From positions 1 to 31,492 of the IMG/VR virus record IMGVR_UViG_3300035542_000071: a DNA stretch of 31,492 nucleotides. One strand, given 5' to 3'. Below the pieces are notes generated by a model that was given only the letters and a program-made list of their open reading frames with translations, did no database searches and had not been told where the DNA came from. The position numbers and the translations under genes were made by a program. Shown here one piece after another: positions 1 to 8,885 of the stretch. Origin of the DNA: a virus. Its lineage: Duplodnaviria > Caudoviricetes. Each line of letters opens with the position of its first letter. The first letter of the stretch is position 1.

Positions 1-718
1 ATCTTGGTTTTCCTGCAGCTGTTAAAATACCGTCCTTCTCAAGATCCCTACCAATGCCTGCTAGGCTTTTACCCTCAAGGTACTCTCTGTAAATGCGCTT
101 AATGATTTCAGCCTCTTCAGGAACAATTATTAGGTTTCCTTCTTCATCTTTTGTGTACCCCATAAATCGATTGTGGTTGACCTGGACTTTCCCTTGCTGA
201 TATCGATACTGAAGTCCAAGTTTAACATTCTGAGAAAGGCTCTGACTTTCTTGCTGCGCGAGGGATGCCATAATGGTCAGAAGCACCTCCCCCTTGGCAT
301 CCATTGTATTTATGTTCTCTTTCTCGAAAAATACGGCTATGTTCTTATCCTTGAGTTGCCTAATATATTTTAGGCAATCCAGAGTGTTACGGGCAAATCG
401 ACTGATGGACTTTGTAATAACTAGATCGATGTTCCCCTCCATGCACTCATCAATCATGCGGTTGAACTCTTCTCGTTTTTTCGTGTTCGTGCCTGAAATG
501 CCGTCATCTGCAAATATGCCTGCGAACTCCCATTCAGAATTTTTCTTTATAAACTCGGTGTAATGAGCTACCTGCACCTCATAGCTTGAGTTCTGCTCTT
601 CAGTTTCTGTAGAAACACGGCAATAAGCAGCAACACGCAGTTTCTTTACTTTTTCTTTTGCGGCTGTACTTCCGACCCTTTTTCGTGCTGGAATTACAGT
701 TATGTTTTTCTCTGCCAA
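1..718 (-). CDS. Large serine recombinase (N-terminal part, truncated by window edge)
   Basis: Read by hand; absent from the ORF track. TTG start at 718 gives [16 protein letters not shown]...[23 protein letters not shown]...FADDGISGT...[16 protein letters not shown], and the frame is open to base 1. Confidence 0.93.
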   Translation of the reverse strand, partial: MAEKNITVIPARKRVGSTAAKEKVKKLRVAAYCRVSTETEEQNSSYEVQVAHYTEFIKKNSEWEFAGIFADDGISGTNTKKREEFNRMIDECMEGNIDLVITKSISRFARNTLDCLKYIRQLKDKNIAVFFEKENINTMDAKGEVLLTIMASLAQQESQSLSQNVKLGLQYRYQQGKVQVNHNRFMGYTKDEEGNLIIVPEEAEIIKRIYREYLEGKSLAGIGRDLEKDGILTAAGKPR

Positions 719-719
719 T

Positions 720-1136
720 TTAAACCTCGCTTTCTATCAGACTATAAAGGTACTCCGCTCGCGCTACTGGATCATCTGGAAGTTCACCTTCTGATTTTCT
801 CATTTTAAATCTTTCTATAGGTGGGGGAGCACTGAAAGCTGCAAGCTCTGCAATCCTCCCTAGATCCTTCGCACGTTTACTTCTAACTTCTTCAGCCTTA
901 TCAAACGTCTCTTTATCAATGATTGCGGGGTATACGTCATTTCCAAGATAGTTGATGTTTTTCAAAATAAGTCCCATGGATGAATGTGTCTTCTGAATAC
1001 CAGCCTGCTCACCAGCCACAGCAAGGGAAAGCCCGGAAATGTACTTTTCAAAGAAATCCCTTACTTGATCCGCAGTCCTTTCATCAACGGTAACAACTCC
1101 GTTCGTAATTGTATATCCGTATGGTACATAGGCCAT
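720..1136 (-). CDS. Small recombinase-domain protein without catalytic domain (middle gene of recombinase triplet)
   Basis: PYGY...ILKNINYLG...[10 protein letters not shown] matches the recombinase DNA-binding domain. No YxRVS catalytic motif is present. Confidence 0.8.
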   Translation of the reverse strand: MAYVPYGYTITNGVVTVDERTADQVRDFFEKYISGLSLAVAGEQAGIQKTHSSMGLILKNINYLGNDVYPAIIDKETFDKAEEVRSKRAKDLGRIAELAAFSAPPPIERFKMRKSEGELPDDPVARAEYLYSLIESEV

Positions 1137-2696
1137 TTACCTCACCACCCTTTCTTTAAGGGAAAGTCCACATTTTAGTTTAAATGTCAGTTCATCCCTT
1201 GAATCTACAATGATGTTTTCTACATACTTTTCAAATGCCTCGTCCGTATAATTGCCATCAAACTTCTCTTTTGACACATGCTCAAGAATCGCCTTTACCT
1301 CATCTGCCTGTGATGTTCCACTTGTAAATGACATGACCAGATTCGTCTTCTCAATGGTTAGATTTTTTATTTCGTTGTCCAGAGCATTTCGTTCCTTGCT
1401 AAAAAGTGCTGGCTCAAGAAACCCTTTTGTCATAAGGCCAATAAGCGTATTGCGCTCTTCGGTCAATTGCTCCATTCGCTTATCGATAGCATCAATTCTT
1501 TCAAGGTCGCACTCTTCTTGGTTTTTACTTATAGCATCATAAAGTGGCCCAAGGATAATCTTTCTGCTGTAGGCAAGCTTATTCATCATGGTGGCAAAGG
1601 TTGCCTTTATCTCTCCATCACGCAGGAACAGCATGGAGCAGCTGTTCTTGTCTTCAATATGCCCTATGCAGCTCCAGGCAATATAACTTCTGCCAGCAGA
1701 GTAGTTTGTTTTTCTCCTAAACGTGGACCCACACTCTCCACAGATGATTTTACCGCTTAATACATATCTATTCTGATAAGCCTTTTTGTTAACAGCCTTA
1801 ATCTTTGCTCTTTGTGTTATCAGCTTTTGTGCCTTAGAAAACACTTCTTTGCTGACGATAGGCTCATGATGATTCTTGCAGTAAAATTGGTCTTTCTCAC
1901 CTTTATTAGGTCGTCTACTGTAATTGCCATCAGTGTATGTCTTTTGGAAAAGCGCATCCCCTTTGTATTTTTCATTTCGGAGCATATCAATCACTGTTCC
2001 TGTGCTCCAATGATTACCTCTTCTTGCAGGAATCTTGTCCCTGTTAAGGCCCTTTGCGATCACACTTCCACCTTTACCTGAAAGGCACTCTGAAAAAATG
2101 CGCTTAACAACTTCTGCTTCTTCTGGAACGATGACCATCTCACCATTCACATTAGCATAACCATAAGGTGGACTGCCAATAATGAAACTGCCATTTTGAA
2201 ACTTTTTATTGATTGACCAAGTTGTGTTCTGAGAAATAGATGCGGACTCTTCTGCAGCAAATCCAGATAGAATTGAGAGCATTAACTCACTCTCCATGTC
2301 ACCTGTATTTAGATTTTCTTTCTCAAAATAAATGAAAACGCCAATATCTATGAGCTGCCTTACTAGTTCTAAACAATCCGTGGTATTACGTGCAAAACGG
2401 CTGATGGACTTGGTGATAATAAAATCAATCCGACCACTTTCACAATCACGAATCATGCGGAGAAGTTCAGGTCGTTTTTCTTTCTTGGTACCTGATATCC
2501 CTTCGTCATAGTAAAGACCTGCAAACTCCCATTCTGGATTGGACTTGATGTATTTTTCATAGTGTTCCCGCTGGGCTTTAAGGCTTACCAGCTGTTCGTC
2601 ACTATCTGTTGAAACCCTGGCATAAGCGGCCACTCGAAGTTTGTTTTTCGATAACTGTGATCTTGTCAGTTCATCGATTTTCGTTATCTTTTTCAT
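1137..2696 (-). CDS. Large serine recombinase (resolvase + recombinase + Zn-ribbon domains)
   Basis: YARVSTDSDEQ catalytic motif, [19 protein letters not shown]...WSC...C zinc ribbon and a coiled coil. Confidence 0.95.
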   Translation of the reverse strand: MKKITKIDELTRSQLSKNKLRVAAYARVSTDSDEQLVSLKAQREHYEKYIKSNPEWEFAGLYYDEGISGTKKEKRPELLRMIRDCESGRIDFIITKSISRFARNTTDCLELVRQLIDIGVFIYFEKENLNTGDMESELMLSILSGFAAEESASISQNTTWSINKKFQNGSFIIGSPPYGYANVNGEMVIVPEEAEVVKRIFSECLSGKGGSVIAKGLNRDKIPARRGNHWSTGTVIDMLRNEKYKGDALFQKTYTDGNYSRRPNKGEKDQFYCKNHHEPIVSKEVFSKAQKLITQRAKIKAVNKKAYQNRYVLSGKIICGECGSTFRRKTNYSAGRSYIAWSCIGHIEDKNSCSMLFLRDGEIKATFATMMNKLAYSRKIILGPLYDAISKNQEECDLERIDAIDKRMEQLTEERNTLIGLMTKGFLEPALFSKERNALDNEIKNLTIEKTNLVMSFTSGTSQADEVKAILEHVSKEKFDGNYTDEAFEKYVENIIVDSRDELTFKLKCGLSLKERVVR

Positions 2697-2719
2697 TGTC
2701 TCACCTCGCTTTCTTTCAT

Positions 2720-2754
2720 TACATATATCACTCTAAAAGCCACTAATAGCAAGT
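2720..2754 (-). promoter_or_regulatory. Motif A copy 1 (ACTTGCTATTA-N7-TTAGAGTGATATATGTA)
   Basis: Both arms are identical to the copies at 24332-24366 and 25657-25691. It lies just upstream of the recombinase RBS. Confidence 0.75.
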
Positions 2755-2757
2755 GAT

Positions 2758-2973
2758 TTAAGACATAATCTCAGCTAGCTTTGGTAAGAATTTCTGGCGG
2801 TTTAACGCTGATATTTTTTGTCGTTCATCCTCTGTAATTTTGCCTTCTTTCTGAAGCATCCTGATAATGCTCTCTGCTATATAAAAGTCATACTCTCTCT
2901 GCAACTGTTCCTCTGTCATCGGTTCTGTCTCACCCTTGATCGGGTTGCCATCTTTCACTTCAATAATCTTCAT
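2758..2973 (-). CDS. SHOCT-like small protein (candidate recombination directionality factor)
   Basis: ATG at 2973 with a GGAGG RBS. LQREYDFYIAESIIRMLQKEGKITEDERQKI is typical of the small gene preceding recombinase triplets. Confidence 0.7.
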   Translation of the reverse strand: MKIIEVKDGNPIKGETEPMTEEQLQREYDFYIAESIIRMLQKEGKITEDERQKISALNRQKFLPKLAEIMS

Positions 2974-2987
2974 AAAAAAACACCTCC

Positions 2988-3020
2988 TACCTGGTAGCCA
3001 CGGCAAGAGGTGAAATCTGA
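2988..3020 (-). promoter_or_regulatory. Motif B copy 1 (TCAGATTTC-N12-GGCTACCAG.TA)
   Basis: Same arms and the same 12-nt spacer as 7785-7817. It lies directly upstream of the SHOCT RBS. Confidence 0.65.
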
Positions 3021-3028
3021 TTGTTTAA

Positions 3029-4978
3029 CTAATCTTTCTTATAAAATTCGCATTCATAACCATCGGCATCAAGGAGCAACCCCTTTGCCCAGGGAGGGAC
3101 TCTACTCATCTGCTGGCACACCCTATCAAGTGACATGCTAGGATCCGCTTCAATAATAACTTCATCATGCACATGAGCCACAATGCGGTAAGAACTTAGA
3201 GTCTTTATGGCATGCATCAAAATATCACGAGAGATTGCTTGGACAATGTTTTCTACAAACTTAGGCCCATAGCTTTCAAGTCGATCCCATTTCTTAGTAG
3301 CACCGACAGCTTCGTAAGTGACCGATTCACCACCGAAGATATTCTCACCAATCTTTGGTTTAACATAGGCAAGCTGCCTACCAGAAGGAAGAACGATAAA
3401 GAGCATTCCACTCCTGTAATGAAACTTAATACTTTGTATTTCTTGAGATTGCTTTTCTTTGATGCACTTCTTAGCTGCTCTATCCACATCCCACCAGAAT
3501 TTTACGATGTATGGATTGGCCTGCCTCCAAGCGTTGACAAGGGGTTTAAGTTCTTCCTTCTCAAGGCCCATATCCAGTGCGCCCATAGCCTTTAAAGCGC
3601 CCACTGATCCACCATAACCTAAGGCCAGTTCTGCAATCTTACCTTTCTGTCTTAAATGACCGTTCACACCATGCTTTTCAACTGGGACACCAAACATTTG
3701 TGATGCAGATGCACAATAAATATCACCGCCACTTGCGAACACTTCACTTCTCCACTCTTCACCTGCAAGCCATGACAGCACACGAGCCTCAATGGCAGAA
3801 AAGTCGGCAACAACAAACTTACAGCCATCTTTTGGTACAAAAGCCGTTCTTATAAGCTGCGAAAGTGTATCTGGTATATCTTCATAGAGCAATTCAAGTG
3901 CTTCAGAATGACCGCTCTTTACTATGGCTCGTGCCTCTTTTAAATCCCGCATATGGTTTTGCGGCAGGTTCTGCAGCTGCACTATTTTTGAGCTGAAGCG
4001 TCCTGTCCGATTGGCGCCCAGAAAAGTAAACATGCCACGAATCCTGCCATCACTGCAGACTGCATTTTCCATTGCCGTGTATTTCTTTACGGATGACTTT
4101 GCCAGTTGCTGACGTAGTTTAAGCACTTCAGCCAAGTGCTCTGGTGCGTCCTTCAATAATTCTGCCACAGCCTTTTTACCAAGGGTATCTGTTTCTAGGC
4201 CATTATCAGAAAGCCAATCTTTCATCTGCTGTACTGAGTTGGGGTTATCAAGTTCTGTTATTTCCTGCATCTGATCCATTAGCTTGGTGTGTGAAATCTC
4301 ATTCATAGCGATAGCTTGCTTTACGAAGTCCATGTCTACCTTGATGCCGCTATCGTTAATTCTCTCACTCAAATGGTATTCATCCCAGATGAAATCTGGC
4401 ACAGGAAATTTAATCAATTTCTGCTCAATCTCCATCTCTGCTTCGACATCACGTATGTTATAGGATTTGAATCTCTCCCATTTTTCTGGGTCATCAGAGG
4501 GTAAATTTCTTGTGCGGTTTCCATTTGTCTTAGTCGGGCTACAAGGACCACAAAAGAAACGAATCAGATCTTTACCTTCCGTCATTTTTTGCTTCCCAAG
4601 ACCAAGAACTGCACCCACACCTACTAATGATAACGGCAGCCCCATATATGCTGCCCATGTCATTGTGCACCTCCATGATTCAGGAGAAATATACTTGCCC
4701 ACTGGGTATCCTAGAAAGCGTGAGAAGCATATCCGCTCAAATGAAGCGTTATGAGCATATTTTATAACATTATCATCTTCTATTGCAGAAAGTATCAATG
4801 GTGGTATCTTTTCACCGCGGGCTAGATCGATTATTTTAACCTCACTTCCGTCTGTGGAATAGGCAAACAACAAAATTTCAAAATCATCTGCCTGAACATA
4901 ACGATACACACCACACTTTGCTAAATTGACGCTACTATAAGTTTCAATATCACAATGTAATGTTTTTATTTCAGCCAT
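3029..4978 (-). CDS. Phage family A DNA polymerase with 3'-5' exonuclease domain
   Basis: Exonuclease motifs DIET, HNASFE and YNIRD. Polymerase motif A DFSAIEAR, motif B RQKGKIAELALGYG, motif C VHDE. Confidence 0.95.
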   Translation of the reverse strand: MAEIKTLHCDIETYSSVNLAKCGVYRYVQADDFEILLFAYSTDGSEVKIIDLARGEKIPPLILSAIEDDNVIKYAHNASFERICFSRFLGYPVGKYISPESWRCTMTWAAYMGLPLSLVGVGAVLGLGKQKMTEGKDLIRFFCGPCSPTKTNGNRTRNLPSDDPEKWERFKSYNIRDVEAEMEIEQKLIKFPVPDFIWDEYHLSERINDSGIKVDMDFVKQAIAMNEISHTKLMDQMQEITELDNPNSVQQMKDWLSDNGLETDTLGKKAVAELLKDAPEHLAEVLKLRQQLAKSSVKKYTAMENAVCSDGRIRGMFTFLGANRTGRFSSKIVQLQNLPQNHMRDLKEARAIVKSGHSEALELLYEDIPDTLSQLIRTAFVPKDGCKFVVADFSAIEARVLSWLAGEEWRSEVFASGGDIYCASASQMFGVPVEKHGVNGHLRQKGKIAELALGYGGSVGALKAMGALDMGLEKEELKPLVNAWRQANPYIVKFWWDVDRAAKKCIKEKQSQEIQSIKFHYRSGMLFIVLPSGRQLAYVKPKIGENIFGGESVTYEAVGATKKWDRLESYGPKFVENIVQAISRDILMHAIKTLSSYRIVAHVHDEVIIEADPSMSLDRVCQQMSRVPPWAKGLLLDADGYECEFYKKD

Positions 4979-5475
4979 GCATATCTATCTCCATTCTTTA
5001 TTTTGCTTATAGCCTGATGCCCCACACCATACATCTCTCCAAGCCGAGTGCAAGTAAATCCACAGAATAATCCAAATCGTATTCCTTCAACATCATCCGT
5101 GGTAAGTTTCTTCCATGCCTTGCCTTGGCGATAAACATCATAAACATTTTCAGTCTGCGTATCATATCGAAGGTTCATTAGGCGATTATCTTTTGGATCC
5201 CCGTTTGCATGAAGCACATACATACCATCTCTTTCACCTACAAAAGCAGCCATAACCAAATGATGAACTGCAAAGCTTTGTCTTGGATCATTTAGGACAA
5301 CCATTTGATAATTACCTCGATTTCCGGGTCGAAGTATTCTTTCCTTTAATAAATAATCAAACTCGCCATTCTGATTGCTACTATGAATTACACGTTCAAG
5401 ACTCTTAATTCTGCCCTCACTGCTTGCCTGGTACTTCCCCTCATATCCGGGTATGTCTTTCCATATCTCATCCAT
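4966..5475 (-). CDS. NUMOD4-HNH homing endonuclease
   Basis: EIWKDIPGYEGKYQASSEGRIKS (NUMOD4), VHHLVM...HANGDPKDNRLMNL (HNH_3) and a C-terminal HTH-like segment. Confidence 0.9.
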   Translation of the reverse strand: MDEIWKDIPGYEGKYQASSEGRIKSLERVIHSSNQNGEFDYLLKERILRPGNRGNYQMVVLNDPRQSFAVHHLVMAAFVGERDGMYVLHANGDPKDNRLMNLRYDTQTENVYDVYRQGKAWKKLTTDDVEGIRFGLFCGFTCTRLGEMYGVGHQAISKIKNGDRYAWLK

Positions 5476-5494
5476 TTAATGCACCTCCGTTCCT

Positions 5495-5530
5495 AAAAAA
5501 GCAGGTGGTAGAGGAAATACCCCCACCACC
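5495..5530 (-). terminator. Intrinsic terminator after the SSB gene
   Basis: GGUGGUGGGGG-UAUUU-CCUCUACCACC stem followed by UGCUUUUUU. Confidence 0.65.
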
Positions 5531-5548
5531 GTCAATTGGCCTTTTATA

Positions 5549-6100
5549 TTAGGCAAGGAAGTCATCTTCTGCAAGAGTTGTGAAATCATCTGCTGCAGAA
5601 CTCTTTCCACCAAGAGGCTCGCCATCTTTAATCTTTTGAATGTTGCCAAGTCCGCAAGCTACACCTTTATTTCCGTTGGAATTGAATGCGAAAAAATTCA
5701 GAGAAACCCTTGCAAAGCAGCCGCTGTAAACCTCACCACGATCCATGATTGGCTTTACACTCTTGTCCACAATCTGTGGTGGGGTTTTACTGTTGGCATT
5801 GATAAAATAATGCCCTTTATATGCCTCGTCATCGCGCTCCACATCCCCATCACGCAGAGGAATTTTTATAGCAGCCTTGTTGGGCTTCTTTCCACCAAAC
5901 TTAGCAATGCCTTCTTCAATAGCAGCATCAATAGCAGCATTTACTGCGTTAATGGTTTCTGTATCGTTCTTTGGAATGAGTACGGATACGCTGTATTTTT
6001 CAGCACCACCGTTGACGGAAACCGGCTCCCAGCCGTGGAAGTAAGAAAGTCTCGTGTTCACACCTGTAATAACCTTAGTTCTATTCGTATTGTTTTTCAT
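5549..6100 (-). CDS. DUF2815 family ssDNA-binding protein (T7 gp2.5-like)
   Basis: RLSY...KYSVSVLIPK...PLRDGD...VYSGC...GVACGLGNIQK...GEPLGG, with an acidic aromatic C-terminal tail EDDFLA. Confidence 0.88.
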   Translation of the reverse strand: MKNNTNRTKVITGVNTRLSYFHGWEPVSVNGGAEKYSVSVLIPKNDTETINAVNAAIDAAIEEGIAKFGGKKPNKAAIKIPLRDGDVERDDEAYKGHYFINANSKTPPQIVDKSVKPIMDRGEVYSGCFARVSLNFFAFNSNGNKGVACGLGNIQKIKDGEPLGGKSSAADDFTTLAEDDFLA

Positions 6101-6105
6101 AATGA

Positions 6106-7242
6106 TCAATCCTCCATAATTTCATTAAATTCGTTTTTTGCGTTCGTTACGTTCATAGCCACTCTTTTATCTGATTTAGGAACAAGCGTTGGCTTTCCCG
6201 GTGGTTTTACTATGAGGCTTCCTAAGATTTCCTCAAATTTGGTTTTGCCCATCAGTTTCTGCATCTCTGTCAAAGGAATAAGGCTCTTACGGTAAATATC
6301 TTTATATCCACTCTCTACAGCTTTTTGTGCTACAGCATCTTCATCTTTGTACTTACGAACTGAGCGACCTTCCACAACTTTAAAACCACTCCACTCTTTC
6401 CCATGGTTAACTGCTGCATCTGTGGCATAAGCAGTTATTTCATTGGCCCACTTCGTGAGATCAGGAATAATGTTTAGAATTTCTTCAATCTCACTATCTG
6501 TAAGCAGTGGTGGCATCTTAAACTCCTTCTGGGCCAGTTTGAGCTTTTCATCAGCTCTTGCACGGCATCTTATGGATGCTCTGCAGAAAGTACACCACGG
6601 GCCAGGGATATATTCACCTTCTCCTTGATAGGCTTTTGCTGCCTTAGGTTTTAGATCTTCTTCTGCCCAGGCTTTAAGTTCTTCTACCGGAACAGTCCAG
6701 GTGCTGACGTTTTCTCTTCGCGGCTGAAATATTGTCATTGATACTTCTTTGATGTCGTAGAGACTGTCATAGATTTCAAGAGCCCCTAATGCATAGAGTT
6801 TCATCTGCGGATTGTTTTCTGCGTCCACAAGGACTCCAATTCCGTATTTGAAATCCACTATGTGAAGCCTGTCATCTGAAATGATTACACAATCTCCCGT
6901 ACCAAATCCATCTGGTACATAACAAGAGAAGTCAAGACGTTGTTCAATAAGAACGATAGGGTCAGTACAGGACTTTCTTGCACGTTCTACCTGCTCCATG
7001 ATGAAGGCAACATAGTCATCTGTGCATTCTTCCATTTCATCTGAATCATACTCTGACACGGGCCTCTTACTTCTGATGTGGAGAGCCTTTTTCAGTTTGT
7101 GTTCTGAGAGTTCATGTGCTGCAGTACCTGCTTTTGCCGCCTCTCCACTTGTGTTTTCAAACTCAAGTTCAAGCCTTGCAGATGGCAAGCAGTGAAGCCA
7201 CCTGTGTGATGAAGATGCAGATAATATTGCGTGATTACCCAT
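6106..7242 (-). CDS. DUF2800 family PD-(D/E)XK (Cas4-like) exonuclease
   Basis: HAILSASSSHRWLHC, GTAAH, FGTGD, IVDFKYG, QMKLYALG, WCTFC...C. Start moved to MGNH. Confidence 0.88.
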   Translation of the reverse strand: MGNHAILSASSSHRWLHCLPSARLELEFENTSGEAAKAGTAAHELSEHKLKKALHIRSKRPVSEYDSDEMEECTDDYVAFIMEQVERARKSCTDPIVLIEQRLDFSCYVPDGFGTGDCVIISDDRLHIVDFKYGIGVLVDAENNPQMKLYALGALEIYDSLYDIKEVSMTIFQPRRENVSTWTVPVEELKAWAEEDLKPKAAKAYQGEGEYIPGPWCTFCRASIRCRARADEKLKLAQKEFKMPPLLTDSEIEEILNIIPDLTKWANEITAYATDAAVNHGKEWSGFKVVEGRSVRKYKDEDAVAQKAVESGYKDIYRKSLIPLTEMQKLMGKTKFEEILGSLIVKPPGKPTLVPKSDKRVAMNVTNAKNEFNEIMED

Positions 7243-7552
7243 TGCCAAGAACCTCCGCATCTTTCAAGATGTCAGCGTAATATGCCTTGTCAACTGCACT
7301 AAGCTTATCAGCCCCATACTTCCCAATAATCTCTCGAACCTCGGCTGTAAAACCAAGCTGGCTTTTTTCAGCAAGGACCATACGCACTTTTTCAAGTGGG
7401 ATCTCCGGCTTTTTAGTTGTTTCTGTCTTTGTGGCAGGCACTTCTTCAGGCGCAGCATCGCTTTCGGTCATTGCATTGCAAACCACTTCTATGCTGTCTG
7501 CAAGGCTTCGCATATCGCTTACCACATCAAGCAGTAACTTTACTTTGCTCAA
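7235..7552 (-). CDS. Conserved phage protein preceding DUF2800
   Basis: TTG start 8 nt after GGAGG. MSKVKLLLDVVSDMRSLADS...LEKVRMVLAEKSQLG...KYGADKLS. Confidence 0.75.
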   Translation of the reverse strand: MSKVKLLLDVVSDMRSLADSIEVVCNAMTESDAAPEEVPATKTETTKKPEIPLEKVRMVLAEKSQLGFTAEVREIIGKYGADKLSAVDKAYYADILKDAEVLGNG

Positions 7553-7743
7553 GTTCATTTCCTCCTTTCGTAGTCTCACAGATAGCAAGTTCCTGGACGC
7601 TATCTCCCGGAATAAGAATTGTTACACGCTGTTTATCTCCAAGGAGGAAACGTAGAATGCGCTCCCTTACGGTGACATTACGGCAAGTAACGATTCCGCC
7701 TGTCTGTGGCATTTGAAACACTGATCTTCAGGTTGTGTTTCAT
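7527..7743 (-). pseudogene. Conserved small phage gene, apparently frameshifted near 7712-7714
   Basis: An RBS and ATG at 7743 give MKHNLKISVS, then a stop after 21 aa. The expected continuation PQTGGIVTCRNVTVRERILRFLLG is in another frame. Confidence 0.6.
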
Positions 7744-7784
7744 ATCCATCACCTCTTTCTGAAGGGTCATTATTTGTTCCCCTC

Positions 7785-7817
7785 TATCTGGTAGCCGTGG
7801 GAGGAATAGAAATCTGA
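7785..7817 (-). promoter_or_regulatory. Motif B copy 2
   Basis: TCAGATTTC-TATTCCTCCCAC-GGCTACCAGATA, located between the amidase terminator and the first replication-block gene. Confidence 0.65.
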
Positions 7818-7834
7818 CGGTTTTATGAAATAAC

Positions 7835-7876
7835 AAAAAAATAATGCCCTCAGAAGTTTTAAACCTCCAAGGGCAT
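7835..7876 (-). terminator. Intrinsic terminator after endolysin
   Basis: AUGCCCUUGGAG...CUUCUGAGGGCAU stem followed by a U-rich tract. Confidence 0.75.
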
Positions 7877-7885
7877 AATGCTTAA

Positions 7886-8584
7886 CTATTCAGTTTTGAT
7901 AAAGGCATCTGTAAAGCCTGCAGCTTTTACTCTGGCCAGCATAGCATCTGCATTAGATTTTACGCTGTAGGCCCCGACCTGAACCCTGTAAAGCTTCTGA
8001 GGAGGTGTAGTGGAAGGAGTAGGGGCTGTCAGTAGCTTTTTTACGTCATCTCTGAAAGAATCCATACTCTTACCATGCCTAGAAAACCAGTGCTGAGGGT
8101 CTCCGTGATTACTGGCGATTTTCTTCTGATAGCCTTCATAGTGGCCAATGATGTCGTTCTCTGTCAGATCATAGAGTTTACAAAGGTGCGCACAAAGTTC
8201 CGTGGCTTCCTTATAAACTGTATTGAAATAAGAGGCGTCGGACAGATTATCTTCACAGATTTCAAATCCGATGTGACTGTTGTTGGCGTCACCACCTGCA
8301 TGCCACCCTCTATGATCCCATGGCAGGGTCTGATAGGTAGCGACGGTTCCATTTTTAAGTTTTCCGATAAAGGCATGGACACAGACTTGTCTGCCACTTG
8401 GTCTATGCTGGTTCCAATGATTGTTGTACTGGTTTTCTCCCAAGCTGCCATCATCTGGACCAACATATCTACGTAGATATGGATTGTTAGCTCCGGTGCT
8501 GTGGACCATAATGCCTTTGGGTTTAATTTTCCTGCCTACTTTATAACATTCATTTTCTGTAAAGATAAGTTTTTTAATGTTCAT
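7886..8584 (-). CDS. Endolysin: N-acetylmuramoyl-L-alanine amidase (Amidase_2) with C-terminal SPOR-like domain
   Basis: IMVHSTG, GWHAG, IGFEICE, IIGH, HGDP. A P/T-rich linker precedes YRVQVGAYSVKSNA. Confidence 0.92.
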   Translation of the reverse strand: MNIKKLIFTENECYKVGRKIKPKGIMVHSTGANNPYLRRYVGPDDGSLGENQYNNHWNQHRPSGRQVCVHAFIGKLKNGTVATYQTLPWDHRGWHAGGDANNSHIGFEICEDNLSDASYFNTVYKEATELCAHLCKLYDLTENDIIGHYEGYQKKIASNHGDPQHWFSRHGKSMDSFRDDVKKLLTAPTPSTTPPQKLYRVQVGAYSVKSNADAMLARVKAAGFTDAFIKTE

Positions 8585-8619
8585 AGATTTTCCCTCCTAC
8601 GATTTGTTGCAATCTATAG

Positions 8620-8654
8620 AAAAATAAAAACGCCACAGGCATGGCCTATGACGC
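8620..8654 (-). terminator. Intrinsic terminator after the Zn-ribbon morons
   Basis: GCGUCAUAGGC-CAU-GCCUGUGGCGU followed by UUUUAUUUU. Confidence 0.75.
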
Positions 8655-8659
8655 TTCTA

Positions 8660-8836
8660 CTAGAATAGGTATTCTTGATCAGTTATGTCGTCTTCATTTA
8701 AATCTCTCGTCTCATTTTCTTCCCCGCAAACCGGGCATCTGCCATAATAATCTCTAAATGTTAAACTCCCTTCCAAGTGCATTAAATACTTCACTAAGAT
8801 TAACGTCGCACCACAATGGCATTTAATTTTGGTCAC
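8660..8836 (-). CDS. Small Cys-rich (Zn-ribbon-like) hypothetical protein
   Basis: GGAGG then GTG at 8836 (ATG at 8842 is an alternative). CHCG...CPVCG with an acidic tail. Confidence 0.6.
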   Translation of the reverse strand: MTKIKCHCGATLILVKYLMHLEGSLTFRDYYGRCPVCGEENETRDLNEDDITDQEYLF

Positions 8837-8885
8837 TTTCATCCCCTCCAAAAGCATTATGCGAAGGGGATGACATTTTATACAG

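Noticed and set aside
4966-5475. Group I intron in the DNA polymerase gene
   Set aside because: The polymerase ORF is continuous and complete, and the HNH has its own RBS with no upstream exon.
6106-7242. Cas4-like nuclease as evidence of a CRISPR-Cas system
   Set aside because: No repeat-spacer array or other cas genes are present. DUF2800 next to SSB and polymerase is a standard phage replication/recombination gene.
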